Positions 61,087 through 64,000 of a stretch of 64,000 nucleotides of DNA are shown piece after piece. The translations under genes were made by a program, and so were the position numbers. The stretch spans positions 1-64,000 of IMG/VR virus record IMGVR_UViG_3300027674_000001; one strand, given 5' to 3'. Source of the stretch: a virus. The notes under the pieces are model-generated. The model made no database searches, had not been told where the DNA came from, and was given only the letters and a program-made list of their open reading frames with translations. Numbering within the stretch: position 1 is the first letter of the stretch; each line of letters begins with the position of its first letter.

Positions 61087-61370
61087 GCCCGCGCGATCTC
61101 ACGGGGTACACCAAGACAACCGCTAGGCACGGCGGCGAGTCGTGCAGCGGACACCCAGTCAAGACTTCGGCCGATCTCTACCGTACCATCGATGGCGAGC
61201 ACTATGTCTGCTGGACAGCTGGCGATGGAACTCCCCTGAGAGCGGCACTCTACCGCCATGCTGGTGTTCGATGCTCTCGGCGCGGTAACGAGATATTCGT
61301 ACATCACATGGATCAGCCCAAGGCTATAGACGTTGACCGGAAGTATGGGGCGGGGATGGGGTGGGCATGA
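61083..61370 (+). CDS. Hypothetical protein
   Basis: ATG 61083 overlaps the upstream stop (ATGA). Confidence 0.45.
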   Translation: MSPRDLTGYTKTTARHGGESCSGHPVKTSADLYRTIDGEHYVCWTAGDGTPLRAALYRHAGVRCSRRGNEIFVHHMDQPKAIDVDRKYGAGMGWA

Positions 61371-61666
61371 CTACTCCCACCCCCACCTCTGCGTGGATCT
61401 CCTCCATTGCCTACCGAATGGGTTACCTCGCTTTATTCCTGCGTTGTGAGGACATACATGATCCACCAGTAGCTCTTCTCTATGGGCCGTCTCTAGAGGA
61501 TATAAGGCCGATCCCGTCATGGCTTCCCGGATTACTCGCCGCTGGCACGGGTAAGCGGTCTATCGGGCGCGCGTATAACACCCTGGTCAAGGGTAGGTAC
61601 GCATACCAGAGGGTCGAGGGTTGGAAACAGGTTGCCGATCTACGGAGGATGATGCGTGATGAATAG
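61367..61666 (+). CDS. Hypothetical protein (KTSC-domain-like)
   Basis: SSIAYRMGYLALFLR...SIGRAYNTLVKGRYAYQRVE loosely fits the KTSC pattern. ATGA overlap. Confidence 0.4.
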   Translation: MTTPTPTSAWISSIAYRMGYLALFLRCEDIHDPPVALLYGPSLEDIRPIPSWLPGLLAAGTGKRSIGRAYNTLVKGRYAYQRVEGWKQVADLRRMMRDE

Positions 61667-61865
61667 GGACGCCATTCAACTTGGTGATATCATACAATCT
61701 AGAGAGTCGGGGGTCTGCGGAAGAGTGTATAGTGTGTTTCTCGGCGAGGGTAATCTCACCGTGGCCACTATCTTTACCGTCCCTAGACGCGATGATTCTC
61801 TGTCTGGTAACGACTACATTACTTTGCCTGTTGATGATCTGGTCGTAGTGGGTCGCACATATTAA
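61656..61865 (+). CDS. Hypothetical protein
   Basis: 69-aa ORF. Confidence 0.4.
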   Translation: MMNRDAIQLGDIIQSRESGVCGRVYSVFLGEGNLTVATIFTVPRRDDSLSGNDYITLPVDDLVVVGRTY

Positions 61866-61895
61866 CCAGTTGAAGGCGATGATGGGAGGCATAGT

Positions 61896-62111
61896 ATGAA
61901 AGTTACTAATTTCACAACCAACGAACGGGCGGCCATTGCCAACTTTCACCCTACAAGCACGTACATCATGCGAAAGTCGGCACTGCAAATGCTCTTACTC
62001 AACCATCCGCGTCCTGCGCTATGGAAGGGCGAGGAGTACAAGATCAAGTCAACGCATATCGGGGTAGGCGTCTACGAAGTTACCGGCGACTTCAATTGGA
62101 GAGGAGTGTAA
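61896..62111 (+). CDS. Hypothetical protein
   Basis: 71-aa ORF with RBS GGGAGG. Confidence 0.45.
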   Translation: MKVTNFTTNERAAIANFHPTSTYIMRKSALQMLLLNHPRPALWKGEEYKIKSTHIGVGVYEVTGDFNWRGV

Positions 62112-62116
62112 CCACC

Positions 62117-62473
62117 ATGGCCACCGCGCGAGTAACCACTACCGTTGAAGTCCCATCCGTGTCCACCCTCCGCGACTTGAAGGCTCGCCGCGCGCTCCCA
62201 TCTCTATGCGCGGCATACCGAGACTTGCGGGCTCAGATCAAGGCCCTAGAGGACTCCGCTAAGCCCATCGCCGCCGAGATAGCCGAGCATGCCGAACGGG
62301 CCGGGGTGGATAAGGTAGATGGCGAGGGGTGGAGGTTGAACAAGTGCAAGGGGAAAAAGAGCATCAGCAAGACGGCCCTACTAGAGCACGGAGTAAGCAT
62401 GCTCACGATTGAGCTATCCACAACGGAAGGTGCGCCATATTACAAGGTGCTTGGGCGAGACGAGAAGGAGTAG
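62117..62473 (+). CDS. Hypothetical protein
   Basis: ATG 62117 is the first start after the upstream stop, within the listed ORF 62021..62473. Confidence 0.5.
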   Translation: MATARVTTTVEVPSVSTLRDLKARRALPSLCAAYRDLRAQIKALEDSAKPIAAEIAEHAERAGVDKVDGEGWRLNKCKGKKSISKTALLEHGVSMLTIELSTTEGAPYYKVLGRDEKE

Positions 62474-62477
62474 CCCT

Positions 62478-62618
62478 GTGTCGCTCATCTGGTACTCCGT
62501 CCTCATTCTCCGCGCTATCGGGGTCGTCGTGGCCCTAGGCGCGCTCGTGGTAGTTGGCGTATTCGCGTGTGGAGTGGTGATGGGGGTTAAGGAAGTAAGG
62601 AGGATGATGTGGCGATAA
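62478..62618 (+). CDS. Small membrane protein (46 aa)
   Basis: GTG 62478. Almost entirely hydrophobic: LIWYSVLILRAIGVVVALGALVVVGVFACGVVMG. Confidence 0.35.
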   Translation: MSLIWYSVLILRAIGVVVALGALVVVGVFACGVVMGVKEVRRMMWR

Positions 62619-62806
62619 CCGAAACAGATGGCAAGGGGCACAACGAGATATCCGATCTACTTTCGGAGAGAGCTAGATTGCGGGCTCCTCTGCGTCGATT
62701 CATTGAAACTCATTTTAAGCTCCACAGTGGGGAGCCTGATTTCGATGCAGTGTGCAAGGAGATGGGGATAAGCAAAGTTACTCGTATCTACGGCAGAGGG
62801 GAATAG
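62609..62806 (+). CDS. Hypothetical protein
   Basis: 65-aa ORF. Confidence 0.4.
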   Translation: MAITETDGKGHNEISDLLSERARLRAPLRRFIETHFKLHSGEPDFDAVCKEMGISKVTRIYGRGE

Positions 62807-64000
62807 TGCTCCCCGTTGACCTTGGCCTGCCAGAGTCCCGGTTCCCCGGTTACCGCCCCGGACAGGAGCCCGCTATCCTCGACCTCTCTACCTCTGAGGC
62901 TCGGTTCGATCTCTTGAATTCTCCGGTTGGCTCGGGTAAGTCGCTAGTCAACATGTCCACCGCGTTACTCAAAGGCGACCGCGTCCTGTACCTTGTGAGT
63001 AACAAGGGATTACAAGCTCAGGTGGCCGCCGACTTCGGTTGCATCGGTATGGTGAACATATCAGGCCATTCCCACTACTCCTGTGCATCGTCCTCGCTTG
63101 ACCCCGATACCGGAGACTTCGACGGGTTGGAATGCGACCGCGAACGGTGCGAGTATTGGCCACTAGTAGCCGCCGCTCACGCGAGTAATTCCGTCGTCAC
63201 TAATTACGCGCACCATGTCACCATCGGCAAGTCTGATGATCCTGACCGATTGGGTAAATTCGATCTCATCGTGTTAGACGAAGCCCACCTAGCGCCTGAT
63301 CTACTGGTGGACTTGCTATCCGTGCGGGTGTCCAATCGCGCTATCCATCGGTTACTAGGCATCGACACCCCCGCGCATACCGCTGATGTATCCGAGTGGG
63401 TTAAGTGGGCCGGTACTGCGGTAACTGAGGCCCGGGCGAAGTATAGATCTCTCCGGCGCGCCATTGACTCGCGAGGATACGTGGGAGACGATGGGAAGGA
63501 GCTAAGTAAGCTATCTCGCTTGGGGAAGGATCTCTCCCGCCTCGCGGCGAGTGTCACAGATGGCACCAAGTGGGTAGTGGCCGAGCATACCACTCGCGCG
63601 GTAAAGCTCTCCCCCGTGTGGGCCAACCGATACGCGGAACAGTGCCTATACCGTGGCATCTCCAAGGTTCTCCTATCCTCTGCCACACTATCTATCGATA
63701 TCTGTAAATATCTCGGGATCGATTCAACGGTGCCAGGGCTCGCTTACTATCGTGAGGTGGAGAGTACATTCGATCCGAGACGGCGCCCGTTCTACTACAT
63801 CCCCACTGTCCGGGTCGATAGCAAGATGACAGAAGGATCAATGAGACTCTTAATGAATCGGGTCGACTCGTGGATAGAAGGCCGCTTAGATCGTAAGGGA
63901 GTCATCCACTCCCGCTCATACAGGTATGCCAATGATGTAGTACGAAGAAGTAAGTACAAGGATATCATGTTACACCATAACACGGATACGGCGCGCCAAG
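62806..64000 (+). CDS. DinG/XPD (Rad3)-like superfamily-2 helicase, 3' end outside the window
   Basis: Open frame from GTG 62806 to the window end; it is absent from the ORF track because it has no stop. Walker A SPVGSGKS, DEAH box VLDEAH, a Cys cluster (C..C...C) between them as in the FeS-domain helicases, and VIHSRSY later. Confidence 0.75.
   Translation, partial: MLPVDLGLPESRFPGYRPGQEPAILDLSTSEARFDLLNSPVGSGKSLVNMSTALLKGDRVLYLVSNKGLQAQVAADFGCIGMVNISGHSHYSCASSSLDPDTGDFDGLECDRERCEYWPLVAAAHASNSVVTNYAHHVTIGKSDDPDRLGKFDLIVLDEAHLAPDLLVDLLSVRVSNRAIHRLLGIDTPAHTADVSEWVKWAGTAVTEARAKYRSLRRAIDSRGYVGDDGKELSKLSRLGKDLSRLAASVTDGTKWVVAEHTTRAVKLSPVWANRYAEQCLYRGISKVLLSSATLSIDICKYLGIDSTVPGLAYYREVESTFDPRRRPFYYIPTVRVDSKMTEGSMRLLMNRVDSWIEGRLDRKGVIHSRSYRYANDVVRRSKYKDIMLHHNTDTARQ

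Noticed and set aside
63204-63686. 160-aa minus-strand ORF
   Set aside because: It is antisense to the open DinG/XPD-like helicase frame, which carries Walker A and DEAH motifs.
1-64000. tRNA, rRNA, integrase, transposase and attachment-site candidates
   Set aside because: I scanned by eye for T-loop-like GGTTCGAAT-type motifs, Tyr/Ser recombinase motifs and long terminal inverted repeats and found nothing convincing. This is a weak negative and should be confirmed with tRNAscan and profile searches.

Overview
The window looks like one continuous piece of a tailed dsDNA phage or prophage genome of siphovirus type. It is almost entirely plus-strand coding, and GC is roughly mid-50s% by eye, with AT-rich and GC-rich islands. 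Bases 1-19,000 are an early/replication region. It holds a beta-class DNA methyltransferase and a family-A DNA polymerase split into a UDG-exonuclease gene and a polymerase gene. A C5-cytosine methyltransferase gene sits between the two polymerase genes and an HNH homing endonuclease follows them. Many small ORFs of unknown function fill the rest. Bases 19,154-55,548 are the packaging and structural region: large terminase, an about 4.8 kb accessory block, portal, DUF2213-like protease/scaffold, capsid genes and connector genes. A 4.8 kb acetyltransferase/glycosyltransferase/HAD island interrupts the connector genes. After it come the major tail protein, a chaperone pair with a candidate -1 frameshift, a GIY-YIG endonuclease, a 1921-aa tape measure, tail proteins and a pectate-lyase-like tailspike. 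Bases 55,700-56,100 are a divergent promoter/operator region, followed by a second early region with XRE-like regulators, a UvrD-like helicase and a DinG/XPD-like helicase that runs off the window. A conserved promoter family recurs nine times, with its -35 element embedded in a covarying hairpin. I saw no rRNA, tRNA, CRISPR array, integrase, transposase or recognisable endolysin. All functional calls rest on motifs read by eye. No searches were run and the host cannot be determined.
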